Under the pieces are notes generated by a model that saw nothing but the letters and a program-made list of their open reading frames with translations, was not told the origin of the DNA and searched no databases. This document shows positions 1 to 9,705 of a stretch of 64,000 nucleotides of DNA, in pieces; within the stretch, counting starts at the first letter, position 1, and every line of letters starts with the position of its first letter. The position numbers and the translations under genes are program-made. The stretch is taken from the NCBI GenBank assembly GCA_944392555.1, contig CALXWZ010000006.1, positions 5,543 through 69,542 on the forward strand, in the 5' to 3' direction. This DNA comes from an uncultured Alphaproteobacteria bacterium (GTDB taxonomy: Bacteria; Pseudomonadota; Alphaproteobacteria; CAAHEQ01; UBA3637).

Positions 1-2385
1 AAACAATCTGGCTGCCAAATGCGGATTGATTTTATCAATCGGCATCACCTGCTCTGCAAAAAATTCATACCCCTCTTTTGTATGGAATGAACCCAAATTA
101 CCGCCGAACGCACCGATAACGGCTCTGACTTTATTCGGATTTTTAATATCAAATTTCGGATGTTTGACCAATTCTTTCACAATCGGCAACGCATTCTTTG
201 ACCCGTTGCGTGCTTGCACGGCGAACCATTTATTCAAAACCAAATCATCATCTTGATACCGTTCATAGAATGAATCCAACGCCTTTTGGGCTTGTGGCAA
301 ATCATTATTGACCAAGATATTCAACGCGGATAATCTATCCGTTAAATTATTTGAATTTTCAAATTGTTCAAAGACCAAATCTTTATTCTTTGTTAACGCC
401 AAATACCCGAGCGCCACATTTTTAATCGCCCGTTTGGCAAAAGATTCGTTATCCGGCACATACGGCCCGGCAATTTGATTTTGCTTATAAATACGCAATA
501 ATTCTTTTTCGTATTTCGTTGCAAATGCCTCGCGCATTATTTTTCTGACGCGTTTAATTTCAGTCATGGATACCGTATCCAATTTTTCAAACAATTCTTC
601 TTCGCTCGGCAATACGATGGCGCGTGCAATAAACGCCTTATCCAACCCGCGTTGCGTGAGATAACCGCCCAATGCCCGAATAACGTTCATATCCGGCTTT
701 TGCGCTTTTTTCATCACCATTTTAGCCATTGATTCAAGCGCATATTGGTGACCGACATCGTATCTGTTAAACAAATCCGAATCATATTTCATCAAGTGCA
801 AACGTTCTTCCTTCGTGTATTTAATATCCACGTTAATCGGAGAAGTAAAGAACCGATTGATGGATAACACCGGCTTGTAAGGCATATTTTTAAACGTAAA
901 CATTTGCTCTTTCTTGCTTAAAATAAACGTTCCCGTTTTAATATCTCTGCCGTCTTTACCTACAAGCCCGTAATGCAACGGAATCACAAACGGCTTCTTG
1001 CACGTTTTATGCGTTTGCTTTAAGGTAACGGTATAAACACCGTCGGCATAATCCGTTTTAACTTTCACCGTCGGACGCCCGGCTACCGAATACCATTGTT
1101 TAAATTGCGTTAAATCTTGCCCGGAACCATCTTCAATCGCACGCACGAAATCATCAATCGTTACGGCTTGTCCGTCATGACGCTTGAAGTAAATATCGCA
1201 CCCGCGCATGAAGGCATCTTTTCCCACAATCGCACGTTGCATCCGAATAACTTCCGCGCCTTTTTCATAAATTGTTGTCGTATAAAAATTATCAATTTCA
1301 TGATACGAATCGGGACGAACAGGGTGCGCCAACGGCCCATCGTCTTCCGGAAACTGGAATGTGCGTAATTGAACAACATCATCTATCCGACTGACGGCGC
1401 GCGAAAACGTATCATATCCGTATTCCGAATCCCGAAAGACCGTAAATCCTTCTTTTAAAGATAAGTCAAACCAACTGCGTAACGTGACTCTGTCACCGCT
1501 GTAATTATGGAAATACTCATGCGCAATCACATGTTCAATGTATTCGTATGTGGCATCCGTTGCCGTATCGGGAGAAGCAAGCAACGCCGCATCATTAAAG
1601 ATGTTTAACGATTTATTTTCCATGGCGCCGGCATTAAAATGCGAAACGGCCACAATACTAAATCTATTTAAATCATATTCCAATCCGAATACTTTTTCAT
1701 CCCATGCCATCGCGCGTTTTAAGGCCTCCATGGCAAACGTTAAGCGTTCGCCCTTGCCTTTTTCACAATATAAGTGCAAATCAACTTTTTTACCGGAGCC
1801 GGTTGTATATGTATCTTCAATGCTTGCTAAATCGCCGGCTACTAAGGCAAATAAATAACACGGTTTATTATACGGGTCTTCAAAAACAACCGTATCGCCC
1901 GTATCTTTAATTTTATTTCCGTTTGAAAGCAAAACGGGATACTTACCGCGCTCGGCGTGAATCGTTACGATAAATTTGCTCGGCACGTCGGAATGATCGG
2001 GATAATACGTAATATTACGGAATCCTTCCGGCTCACATTGCGTGCAAAAAATACCGTCCGACACATACAATCCCATCAACCGCGTATTTTCCGCCGGATT
2101 GATAACAACCGTTGTTTCCAGCACAAAGTTCGGCTTTTCGGGATTCAATGTCAACGTTTCATCCGTTAAAGCATATTCAAATTCCGTTAGCGGGCGCCCG
2201 TTAACCGCAATAGACTTTAACTCCATATATTGCCCGTTTAAAACGAGCGGTTTAGATGTATCGCAATTTTCAAAATGCAATTTGGCGGACACAATCGTTT
2301 TCGTCGGGTCCAATGTAAATTCCAACTCCGTCAACGGCAGTTGATAGTGGGGAGCCACATAGTCTTTACGATATTTTAATGTCAT
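1..2385 (-). CDS. pepN: Aminopeptidase N (M1 family); C-terminus runs off the window start
   Basis: Absent from the ORF track because it has no stop inside the window. My minus-strand translation from the ATG (complement of 2383-2385) reads MTLKYRKDYVAPHYQLP... It contains the GAMEN exopeptidase motif (SHFNAGAMENKS) and the zinc site HEYFHNYSGDRVT followed by LSLKEGFTVF. Confidence 0.9.
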   Translation of the reverse strand, partial: MTLKYRKDYVAPHYQLPLTELEFTLDPTKTIVSAKLHFENCDTSKPLVLNGQYMELKSIAVNGRPLTEFEYALTDETLTLNPEKPNFVLETTVVINPAENTRLMGLYVSDGIFCTQCEPEGFRNITYYPDHSDVPSKFIVTIHAERGKYPVLLSNGNKIKDTGDTVVFEDPYNKPCYLFALVAGDLASIEDTYTTGSGKKVDLHLYCEKGKGERLTFAMEALKRAMAWDEKVFGLEYDLNRFSIVAVSHFNAGAMENKSLNIFNDAALLASPDTATDATYEYIEHVIAHEYFHNYSGDRVTLRSWFDLSLKEGFTVFRDSEYGYDTFSRAVSRIDDVVQLRTFQFPEDDGPLAHPVRPDSYHEIDNFYTTTIYEKGAEVIRMQRAIVGKDAFMRGCDIYFKRHDGQAVTIDDFVRAIEDGSGQDLTQFKQWYSVAGRPTVKVKTDYADGVYTVTLKQTHKTCKKPFVIPLHYGLVGKDGRDIKTGTFILSKKEQMFTFKNMPYKPVLSINRFFTSPINVDIKYTKEERLHLMKYDSDLFNRYDVGHQYALESMAKMVMKKAQKPDMNVIRALGGYLTQRGLDKAFIARAIVLPSEEELFEKLDTVSMTEIKRVRKIMREAFATKYEKELLRIYKQNQIAGPYVPDNESFAKRAIKNVALGYLALTKNKDLVFEQFENSNNLTDRLSALNILVNNDLPQAQKALDSFYERYQDDDLVLNKWFAVQARNGSKNALPIVKELVKHPKFDIKNPNKVRAVIGAFGGNLGSFHTKEGYEFFAEQVMPIDKINPHLAARLF

Positions 2386-2524
2386 TTTCTTTCCTCTTTC
2401 ATTTACTGATGTTCTTTTATTCTTCTTTTTTCATTTTTTTGCTTTTTGATATATTCGCATAATTAAGCAAGAGCAAAGCAGTAAACGGATATTATTACCC
2501 GTCGCTTACATTTATAGAACCTGA

Positions 2525-3190
2525 TTATTTTTGCGTTTTTTTCAATTCAATGAGTTTATTCATCCAATATACGGCCTTTTCTTTATTCTCGGGGAATCCG
2601 TTAAATCCGCCGGAATAAAGTGCAATCAAACTCGTTATGGCATATATATGATTCTGCTCGGCTGCCTGCTCATATAAAATAACCACTTTTGACATATTCG
2701 GTTTGCCCAAATACCCGCGTTCTGCCCAAACACCCAAGCCATATAAGGCATCAGCATATCCTTGTTGCGCCGACGCATTCATCCATTTGATAGCTTTTTC
2801 CCGATTTTCGGGAATTTTGTCGCCCACGTCATATAACAATGCCAATTCATACTGTGCTTGTGGCAAGCCTTTCAAAGCGGCTTGTTCTAAAAACATTTCG
2901 GCACGGCGACCGTTAATTTCAAATCCGTCACCACCCGTTTTATACAACCGCCCCAAATAATAAGAAGCGATTTTGGAAACATTGGCATCATCACCGTTTG
3001 TTGCCATTAAGTAATAGCGTTCGGCCTTACGTAAAGAGCCATCGCGTTCCGCTGTTTGCGCCATTTCAAACTGTTCGGCGGGAGAAAGCATAAAATCTTT
3101 AAACGAAAAATAAATAATGCCGAACAACGAAATAATAATCAAGATAAATAAAGAATGCGTCAGATACGGTATTTTTTTTAACTTTTTCAT
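2525..3190 (-). CDS. Sel1-like repeat (SLR/TPR-family) protein with N-terminal membrane anchor
   Basis: N-terminal hydrophobic segment LFILIIISLFGIIYF. Repeated Sel1-type units follow (YYLGRLYKTG.., AQYELALLYDVG.., ALYGLGVWAERG.., ITSLIALYSGG). Confidence 0.75.
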   Translation of the reverse strand: MKKLKKIPYLTHSLFILIIISLFGIIYFSFKDFMLSPAEQFEMAQTAERDGSLRKAERYYLMATNGDDANVSKIASYYLGRLYKTGGDGFEINGRRAEMFLEQAALKGLPQAQYELALLYDVGDKIPENREKAIKWMNASAQQGYADALYGLGVWAERGYLGKPNMSKVVILYEQAAEQNHIYAITSLIALYSGGFNGFPENKEKAVYWMNKLIELKKTQK

Positions 3191-3276
3191 TTCAAATAAT
3201 CCTTTACATCTTTTTTAATTTAGGTATATACTAACCAAAAATAAATATCGAATGTATTGTAAAAGGAAAATTTGTT

Positions 3277-4620
3277 TTGTGCAAGGCTTTTTATTATAAA
3301 AAATACGATTTTGATACGGCAACAAATACACTCGTATTATCTTATGCCGTTCAAGAATCAAAGAATCGTATACATACATTCACTGAACGAATTATTTTTC
3401 CACCCTTACCCACACAACTTTCACACGAACGAAAAGAAGCATTAAAAAGCATTTTTTTCTTAACACATATTGCGTTCGGCATCAGTTATTATAAAGCATT
3501 TTGCCCCGAAGAAATAAAAATTGAAAGCGGAAAACTCACAGCCGAGCAAGCCACTTTTTTTAACCGTTTTTTTGTGGCGGGATTAGGTGAATTTGCCGTT
3601 CGCAATCACCTTAATTTGCAAGGTAAAATCACGTTTCCTTATGAGAAAGATTTGCAAACCGTTTCATTCCCGATAAACTTTCAAAAACGTTTCCTTGTGC
3701 CGATAGGCGGAGGTAAAGATTCTTGCGTATCACTTGATGTTTTGGGAAAAATCGGCGTTGAATGCTGTGGTATTTCCATTGGGAATCCGCGCCCCATTCA
3801 AGAATGCGCCGAGAAAAGCCAACTCCCTCACCTTGTTTTAAAAAGAGTGATTGATCCGCGCTTGATTGAATTAAACCAGACAGGAGCTGTTTTGAACGGA
3901 CATGTGCCGATTACGGGCATGCTTGCCTTTTTGCTCTGGGCATGCGGATTGATGTATGATTATCAATATGTGGCATTATCTTGCGAGCGCTCGGCCAACA
4001 GCGGGAATCTGATGCAAGGTTCGCTCTCCGTTAATCATCAATACAGCAAATCTTTTGAATTTGAAACCGATTTTTATAAATTAACCCAAACCGTCACACC
4101 GAATTTTCGGTATTTTTCCTTATTGCGTCCGCTCAGCGAATTGCATATTGCTCGCTTGTTTGCTCAAAATTGTCGGAACTATTTTCCCGTTTTTACCAGT
4201 TGCAATAAAGCATTTAAGTTGGATGAGTCCAAACGGCTGGACAGATGGTGCGGTGCTTGTGATAAATGCCGTTTTGTCTTTTTGATTTTAGCACCGTTTA
4301 TGGAGCGCGAAATGCTTATCAATCTGATTGGATGTAATCCGCTAAACGATTCAACCCAACTGCTCGGATATGAAGAACTTTTAGGATTTAAAAATCATAA
4401 ACCGTTTGAATGTGTCGGTGAAATTGCCGAATCGCGCGTTGCACTGGCGTTGTTATCCGCCAAACAAGAATGGCAAGAAGATATTGTGATTCGCAGGTTA
4501 GCACCGATGTTGCAGAATTTTGAAGTCAAAGAAAGCTATCAAAAACTGTTATCGCCATCTGAAACACATCTTATTCCACAGGAGATTTTATCTGATGTTA
4601 TGGCACAATTTAAATGCTAA
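3277..4620 (+). CDS. PP-loop-like ATP-utilising protein; candidate MurL-type UDP-MurNAc-L-Ala-L-Glu epimerase
   Basis: 447-aa ORF with a TTG start and AGGA 9 nt upstream. Carries a GGGKDS nucleotide-binding loop and a CGACDKCRF motif. Its 3' end overlaps the start of the adjacent MurD-family gene. The family assignment is by context and motif only. Confidence 0.5.
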   Translation: MCKAFYYKKYDFDTATNTLVLSYAVQESKNRIHTFTERIIFPPLPTQLSHERKEALKSIFFLTHIAFGISYYKAFCPEEIKIESGKLTAEQATFFNRFFVAGLGEFAVRNHLNLQGKITFPYEKDLQTVSFPINFQKRFLVPIGGGKDSCVSLDVLGKIGVECCGISIGNPRPIQECAEKSQLPHLVLKRVIDPRLIELNQTGAVLNGHVPITGMLAFLLWACGLMYDYQYVALSCERSANSGNLMQGSLSVNHQYSKSFEFETDFYKLTQTVTPNFRYFSLLRPLSELHIARLFAQNCRNYFPVFTSCNKAFKLDESKRLDRWCGACDKCRFVFLILAPFMEREMLINLIGCNPLNDSTQLLGYEELLGFKNHKPFECVGEIAESRVALALLSAKQEWQEDIVIRRLAPMLQNFEVKESYQKLLSPSETHLIPQEILSDVMAQFKC

Positions 4621-5908
4621 AAAAATAGGGATATGGGGCATATCCGGAAAAGAAGGTCAGAGTGCCTTGCATGCGGTGCAGTCCTTTGTTAAAAATCCCG
4701 AAATCATCGCGATTGACGAAGAAAATCTCACACGTTTAAATGAGTGCGAATTTGTGATTAAATCACCGGGAGTGAGCTTATATCGCCCCGAAATTTTGCA
4801 AGCGAAAAAGAACGGTGTTCAATTTCTTTCCGGCTCAACATTGTTTATGGCGAATAAACCGCAACAAACAAAAGTAATCGGCATTACGGGAACAAAAGGA
4901 AAAAGCACAACCGGTTCGTTATTGTATCATACCCTGAAAACGGCCGAGCTGAATGTGGCTTTCGGCGGAAACATCGGCAAACCTTTATTAGATATTTTAC
5001 AAGATGAGCCGTATGATTTTGTTGTTGCCGAACTATCCAGTTATCAATGCGCTGATTTTATCGGCACTTGCGATATGTGTATTTTAACAAATCTCTTTCC
5101 CGAGCATTTGCAGTGGCATCAATCCCACCATCAATACTATCTGGATAAATGCCATCTTATAGCGCAAGCAAAAGTCGCTTTCATCAACGGAGCAAATCAA
5201 ACCGTTTTATCTTACCTGCCACACTTACCGAATGCCCGTTTTTTTAATACAGTCGACACATTTCATTTACACGACGGCTCTTTCTTCAACGCCACCCAAC
5301 GGTTATTCTCGCAAGAAACATTGCATCTGGTCGGCACACATAATGCCGAAAACGCATGCGCCGTTTTAAGCATAGCAAACCAGCTTCATCTGGATTTAGC
5401 AATCGTTCAACAAGCGTTTAAAACATTTCAATCTTTACCGCATCGTCTTCAAAATATCGGTGTATTGAACGGTATTACATTTATTGACGATAGTATTTCC
5501 ACGACTCCCGAAACGGCCATTGCTGCCTTTAAGGCGCATGATAAAGGGCAATTTATCACATTACTACTCGGCGGATTTGATCGAGGACAGGATTATCATT
5601 CCCTGATTGACTTTTTAAAACCATACCAAAACCGTATTTGTTTAATTACCCTGCCGGATACAGGGCAACGTATCTATGAATTGGCACGCCAATCAAACTT
5701 ACCCGTTTGGGCGACTTCGACAATGCAAGAGGCCGTTTTAACAGCCTATCGGCAGACACCGAAAGACGGAACGGTTATTCTCTCTCCCGCGGCACCGAGT
5801 TATAATCTTTACAAAAATTTTGAAGAACGCGGATTAGACTTTCAAAAAAAAGCGATTGATTATGTATCAAACATCGTTCAGATGAATTATCGGGATAATT
5901 CAAGATAA
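4595..5908 (+). CDS. murD: UDP-N-acetylmuramoyl-L-alanine--glutamate ligase (MurD family, possibly MurD2-type)
   Basis: Mur ligase P-loop GITGTKGKSTT and MurD-like length and domain order. I place the start at ATG 4595 (SD GGAG at 4581-4584) rather than the ORF-track start at 4520. The gene is not in a dcw (mraY/ftsW) context. Confidence 0.8.
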   Translation: MLWHNLNAKKIGIWGISGKEGQSALHAVQSFVKNPEIIAIDEENLTRLNECEFVIKSPGVSLYRPEILQAKKNGVQFLSGSTLFMANKPQQTKVIGITGTKGKSTTGSLLYHTLKTAELNVAFGGNIGKPLLDILQDEPYDFVVAELSSYQCADFIGTCDMCILTNLFPEHLQWHQSHHQYYLDKCHLIAQAKVAFINGANQTVLSYLPHLPNARFFNTVDTFHLHDGSFFNATQRLFSQETLHLVGTHNAENACAVLSIANQLHLDLAIVQQAFKTFQSLPHRLQNIGVLNGITFIDDSISTTPETAIAAFKAHDKGQFITLLLGGFDRGQDYHSLIDFLKPYQNRICLITLPDTGQRIYELARQSNLPVWATSTMQEAVLTAYRQTPKDGTVILSPAAPSYNLYKNFEERGLDFQKKAIDYVSNIVQMNYRDNSR

Positions 5909-5942
5909 TTTTATTTTATGATTTTTCTACTGCCGACAAAAA

Positions 5943-5973
5943 AACGGCCGGATACATAATCAAGCCGTTTTTA
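5943..5973. terminator. Weak hairpin between convergent murD and the ferritin-like gene
   Basis: AACGGC...GCCGTT stem with a 15-nt loop and T5. Marginal. Confidence 0.35.
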
Positions 5974-5988
5974 ACCAGACAATCAAAT

Positions 5989-6285
5989 TTATCGTTCAAT
6001 ATTTTCCAGTGTTTCCCGAACACCTTCTTGATAAATTTTTTCATCTTCCGGGCATAGAATTTCCAACAGTTTATAAAGTCCGCCCGCATGTTTTTTTTCG
6101 TCTTCTATAATCTCATCCAATACGTTATGGACAGATTTATTTGTGGTACTTTCCATAATTTGCTGATAAATTTGGATAGCCTCAAATTCGGAGGCAATTG
6201 CAAATTTTATGGCTCTTAAAATCTCCACTTCCGATAAAGTATGTTTCGGTGAATATACGCTTTCAATTTGTGCAAATTCAGGCAT
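5989..6285 (-). CDS. Small ferritin-like (EncFtn/rubrerythrin-like four-helix) protein, 98 aa
   Basis: Internal ATG at 6285 preceded by AAAAAGGAGAAAAAAATG. Diiron-type E/ExxH pattern: ASEFEAIQIYQQ ... IIEDEKKHAGGLYKLLE. The upstream 58 codons of the track ORF lack any SD. Confidence 0.6.
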   Translation of the reverse strand: MPEFAQIESVYSPKHTLSEVEILRAIKFAIASEFEAIQIYQQIMESTTNKSVHNVLDEIIEDEKKHAGGLYKLLEILCPEDEKIYQEGVRETLENIER

Positions 6286-6488
6286 TTTTTTCTCCTTTTT
6301 AAAAATGTTATTTTTCATCTGCATATTGGCAGATAAGTTTTTTTTCTTATATTGCAATACATCAAAAGGTGCATCTCTATTTCCCGACTTGACAACGATA
6401 TTTTTGTGTTTTATCTCTATTGAAAGAGTTGTATCATGAGAAAATATCATGAAAAACACAGATAAAAAAATATAAAAGGAGTTATATG

Positions 6489-7016
6489 ATGAAAAAAATC
6501 GGAATTATTGTCGGCAGTTTGCATAAAGAGTCCATCAATCGCAAAATTGCTCAATCTTTCGTTCAAATCGGACATCCCGATTTATCTTTCTCTTTTATAG
6601 ATATTTCCGCTTTACCGCTTTTTTCGGAAGATTTAGAGCAAGATTTACCGCAATCGGTTACGGCGTTTTGTGCTTCTGTTCGGGCGAACGATTTAATTTT
6701 AATTATGACTCCCGAATATAACCGCGCCATTCCGGGCGTTTTGAAGAATGCGTTGGATTGGGCTTCTCGGCCTTACGGAAAAGGAGCGTTGTCAGGCAAA
6801 GAAGGTGCCATAGCCGGCGCTTCATTAGGCGGTGTGGGAACGGCTGCCGCACAAGTGCAACTGCGCGCTTTATTGCCCAGTTTAGGTATGGTTCAGATTC
6901 GTCATCCCGAAATGTGTATCGTTTGGAAATCGAGTTTGCTCAATGAAAACAATTTGCCGACTGATGAAAATACCACGCTGTTCTTTAAAAAATTCTTGGA
7001 CGCCTTGGCAAAATAA
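6489..7016 (+). CDS. NAD(P)H-dependent FMN reductase family oxidoreductase
   Basis: Motif TPEYNRAIPGVLKNALDWASRP is typical of the FMN_red family, on a flavodoxin-like fold. GGAG sits 7 nt upstream of ATG 6489; an in-frame ATG also occurs at 6486. Confidence 0.8.
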   Translation: MKKIGIIVGSLHKESINRKIAQSFVQIGHPDLSFSFIDISALPLFSEDLEQDLPQSVTAFCASVRANDLILIMTPEYNRAIPGVLKNALDWASRPYGKGALSGKEGAIAGASLGGVGTAAAQVQLRALLPSLGMVQIRHPEMCIVWKSSLLNENNLPTDENTTLFFKKFLDALAK

Positions 7017-7252
7017 GCGAATACATCGCCAACCTACCATCTAAAGTGCCTGAAAAATAGGCAGACGCATCGGTGAGATAAATACGAGCGCGCCACTTTC
7101 CGATTCATCGCTATTTCCCGTTACGCTTTGGCAAAACAACGGAGCGTAATCTTATCTAAAACAAGTAGAAAATTCTTCATTAACAAAAGCGTATTAGTTC
7201 TTCATGCGGTTAACGGCACAAAGTTGTCATCTTATCAGCCACTCGCGCGCTG

Positions 7253-8491
7253 TTAGGAATGAGAAGATTCAGCCATAACTTGCAAATGCATCCGATACAG
7301 TTTAACACTGAATAATAAAATCGGAATTAAAAGCAACGCGGAAATCAAAAAGGTTTCGCCGACACCAACCGTATCAAATAACGGTTTAAGCGCAATCATA
7401 CCCACACCGCAAAAAGCCGTTCCGATCATTGATTTAACGGAAATAATCGTTGAACGTTCATCCGATTCGATACGATGATGAATCAGGGTTGAAGTGACAA
7501 TCCCCGTCAGGCATACGGACCCGCTACCAATCATCATTAAAATCAAGCAAGCATAGACTCCGACATACGGCACATATATGGCCGCGCAAGCGCCGATTGT
7601 TGCCACAACGATTACAACACCGGCCAAGCGAATCACTTTATCCAGCCCGAATCTTCCTAGCAATTTACCTGAAACAGATGACCAGAAAATACGGCACAGC
7701 GCATTCCCGCCCAATACAATACTGAACATATAAACCGGAATATCGCGCGCAATCATCACCGATTGCAAACCCCACATTAAAATCAACGTCAACATACCAT
7801 ACATGGCCGGATACAAAATCAACCACCTGATTTGGGTATGGTTAAGAGAAAATTTCACAATGGCTAAAACATCTTGCATTGTGCTTTTATTCTTATCTTT
7901 TTTGCGACGAGATTCGGGCACGTCCGGCATCAAGAGCAAAATAACCGACGCAATACTCAAACAGCCGATACTAAACCAAAGGGGGGTTGTCGGGCCGATA
8001 AATTGATAGAGAAAAGCCCCTGAAAACGTTGCCAACAACAAACCTATGCCGGAGCATGTTTCTATTTTTGATAATTTTTTATGAAACGCATGCTGTTTAT
8101 GGCGTTTCTTCAACAAATCATAGAGGTAGGCTTCCATCGTGCCGGAAGTCAATGCAATAGAAAGAGCGAACATCATTTCACCTGCCAAAAGCCACCAAAA
8201 CCCGTATCCGAAAATCCAAAAAAGGTATCCGATAATTCGTCCGATCATCCCGAGAATAACTGTATTTTTGCGGGAAAAAACATCACCGATATATCCCGTC
8301 GGTATTTCAAAAGCAAATACACACAACCATGAAAGACCTTGTATCAAAAAGAAATCGCCGATATCAACGCCCTTAAATCCGTAAAACAACATTAAAACAG
8401 GTACGGTAAAAATCGCTTCTTTTAATCCACCGACAACCGTTAACGCCGTCGGAGCATATCTTAAAGGAATTAAGTTAAACACATTCATCAA
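7253..8491 (-). CDS. MFS transporter
   Basis: 412 aa with about 12 hydrophobic segments. The loop between TM2 and TM3 reads GYIGDVFSRKNT (MFS signature-like). Confidence 0.75.
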   Translation of the reverse strand: MMNVFNLIPLRYAPTALTVVGGLKEAIFTVPVLMLFYGFKGVDIGDFFLIQGLSWLCVFAFEIPTGYIGDVFSRKNTVILGMIGRIIGYLFWIFGYGFWWLLAGEMMFALSIALTSGTMEAYLYDLLKKRHKQHAFHKKLSKIETCSGIGLLLATFSGAFLYQFIGPTTPLWFSIGCLSIASVILLLMPDVPESRRKKDKNKSTMQDVLAIVKFSLNHTQIRWLILYPAMYGMLTLILMWGLQSVMIARDIPVYMFSIVLGGNALCRIFWSSVSGKLLGRFGLDKVIRLAGVVIVVATIGACAAIYVPYVGVYACLILMMIGSGSVCLTGIVTSTLIHHRIESDERSTIISVKSMIGTAFCGVGMIALKPLFDTVGVGETFLISALLLIPILLFSVKLYRMHLQVMAESSHS

Positions 8492-8582
8492 AGACCTCTT
8501 GTTCGGATACGATTTTCAATTTATTCAAAATTTATTCAAAATAACTCTCTCAAAACCAAGCAATGCCGATTCAAAAATCCCA

Positions 8583-9170
8583 TCAATTTTGCAACACACG
8601 AGCTGTTTGAGGCGCTGGCTCTTGTATCAAAGCCTCTTTACCGGCATCTAAAATTGTTCCTTGCGGTAAAGAATGAAGCGTATTTTCCTCATTTTCTTCT
8701 ACCTCTTGCGCTAACGCCGGATTATCATCATCGGCAATTAAGTGCATATCTTTTTCGCGTTCAACGGGTAGCGGTTGCACTAAATCTTCCGTAATATCCT
8801 GATTGATACATTGCAATAGCCATACGTCATAAATCGGATGTTCCAACGGCGACAACGCCGGATTGGAAGAAAACATCCACCCTTTAAAAATTTGCTTTTG
8901 CGGGGCCTCTTTAACCGCTTCAAAAATTTGCAAATAAACGGCATTTTCAGGCATTTCCTCTTGTGGTTTTGTCAAGCAACGTTCGGGAATAATCGTCAGC
9001 GTACCGAACTTTAAGGGTTGATTGACTGTTGCTTCCATTGTCTTGACACGGCCCGTAATTTTATCCACCCCGCGCAACACCATTTTTTGCGTAGCGATGT
9101 CTGCCGCCGAGGCTGTTCCGATACACATTAAAACCCCTGCCATCATACCCGCCATCCATTTCAACGCCAT
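8583..9170 (-). CDS. Secreted DUF2155-like protein
   Basis: Signal peptide MALKWMAGMMAGVLMCIGTASA/AD. The core VLRGVDKITGRVKTMEATVNQPLKFGTLTIIPERC ... YDVWLLQC resembles alphaproteobacterial DUF2155. Start chosen at ATG 9170 (GAGGG 8 nt upstream); the track ORF extends to a GTG at 9206. Confidence 0.55.
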   Translation of the reverse strand: MALKWMAGMMAGVLMCIGTASAADIATQKMVLRGVDKITGRVKTMEATVNQPLKFGTLTIIPERCLTKPQEEMPENAVYLQIFEAVKEAPQKQIFKGWMFSSNPALSPLEHPIYDVWLLQCINQDITEDLVQPLPVEREKDMHLIADDDNPALAQEVEENEENTLHSLPQGTILDAGKEALIQEPAPQTARVLQN

Positions 9171-9261
9171 CTGTTTCACCCTCATCTTTTTTTGCTTTCT
9201 CAACACAAATCAGTTTCTTATTCAACGTCTTTACCGAATGTCTTACTTCGTCAGCACCGCA

Positions 9262-9705
9262 TTATTTTGTGGATAAGAAGATAAACTCCGAAATACTGTC
9301 TTCCAACGATTTATAATTTTCCGTATTCATAATGCGATTGCCGTTTTTCAACATTTCCGCACTTTTTCCGGGTTCCAGGCGCACATACTTACCGCCCATA
9401 ACGCCGACATCGGCAATGGCAGCCGTTGTATCTTTCGGCAACCGAACGGCATTATCAATACTTAATACCACATCTGCCGTATACGTATCCTGATTTAAAA
9501 CCGTTGATAATACGGAACCGACTTTAATACCTGCAATACGCACGTCCGAGCCGACTTCCAATCCGCCGATTTTCATAAAATTCGCGGTTAAGTTATATCC
9601 TTTGATTTCTTTCGTATCAACTTTTGATGCCGCAAAAAATAGGAATACCCCGGCAAAAATTAACACAAAAAAACCTAAAATCGTTTCTACCGGATTTTTT
9701 TTCAT
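9262..9705 (-). CDS. mlaD: MlaD-type MCE-domain protein (outer membrane lipid asymmetry maintenance)
   Basis: N-terminal TM segment followed by an MCE domain (GGLEVGSDVRIAGIKVGSV ... GGKYVRLEPG). Confidence 0.8.
   Translation of the reverse strand: MKKNPVETILGFFVLIFAGVFLFFAASKVDTKEIKGYNLTANFMKIGGLEVGSDVRIAGIKVGSVLSTVLNQDTYTADVVLSIDNAVRLPKDTTAAIADVGVMGGKYVRLEPGKSAEMLKNGNRIMNTENYKSLEDSISEFIFLSTK

Noticed and set aside
1117-2344. Several 68-106-aa ORFs on both strands in the first 2.4 kb.
   Set aside because: The minus-strand frame translates continuously into an M1 aminopeptidase with GAMEN and HExxH-E motifs. That frame is missing from the track only because it lacks a stop in the window, so the short ORFs are shadow frames.
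5989-6459. The full 156-aa version of the ferritin-like ORF, and the idea of an encapsulin operon.
   Set aside because: The N-terminal 58 codons are AT-rich, lack an SD and look non-coding, whereas ATG 6285 has a strong SD. No HK97-fold shell gene flanks it.
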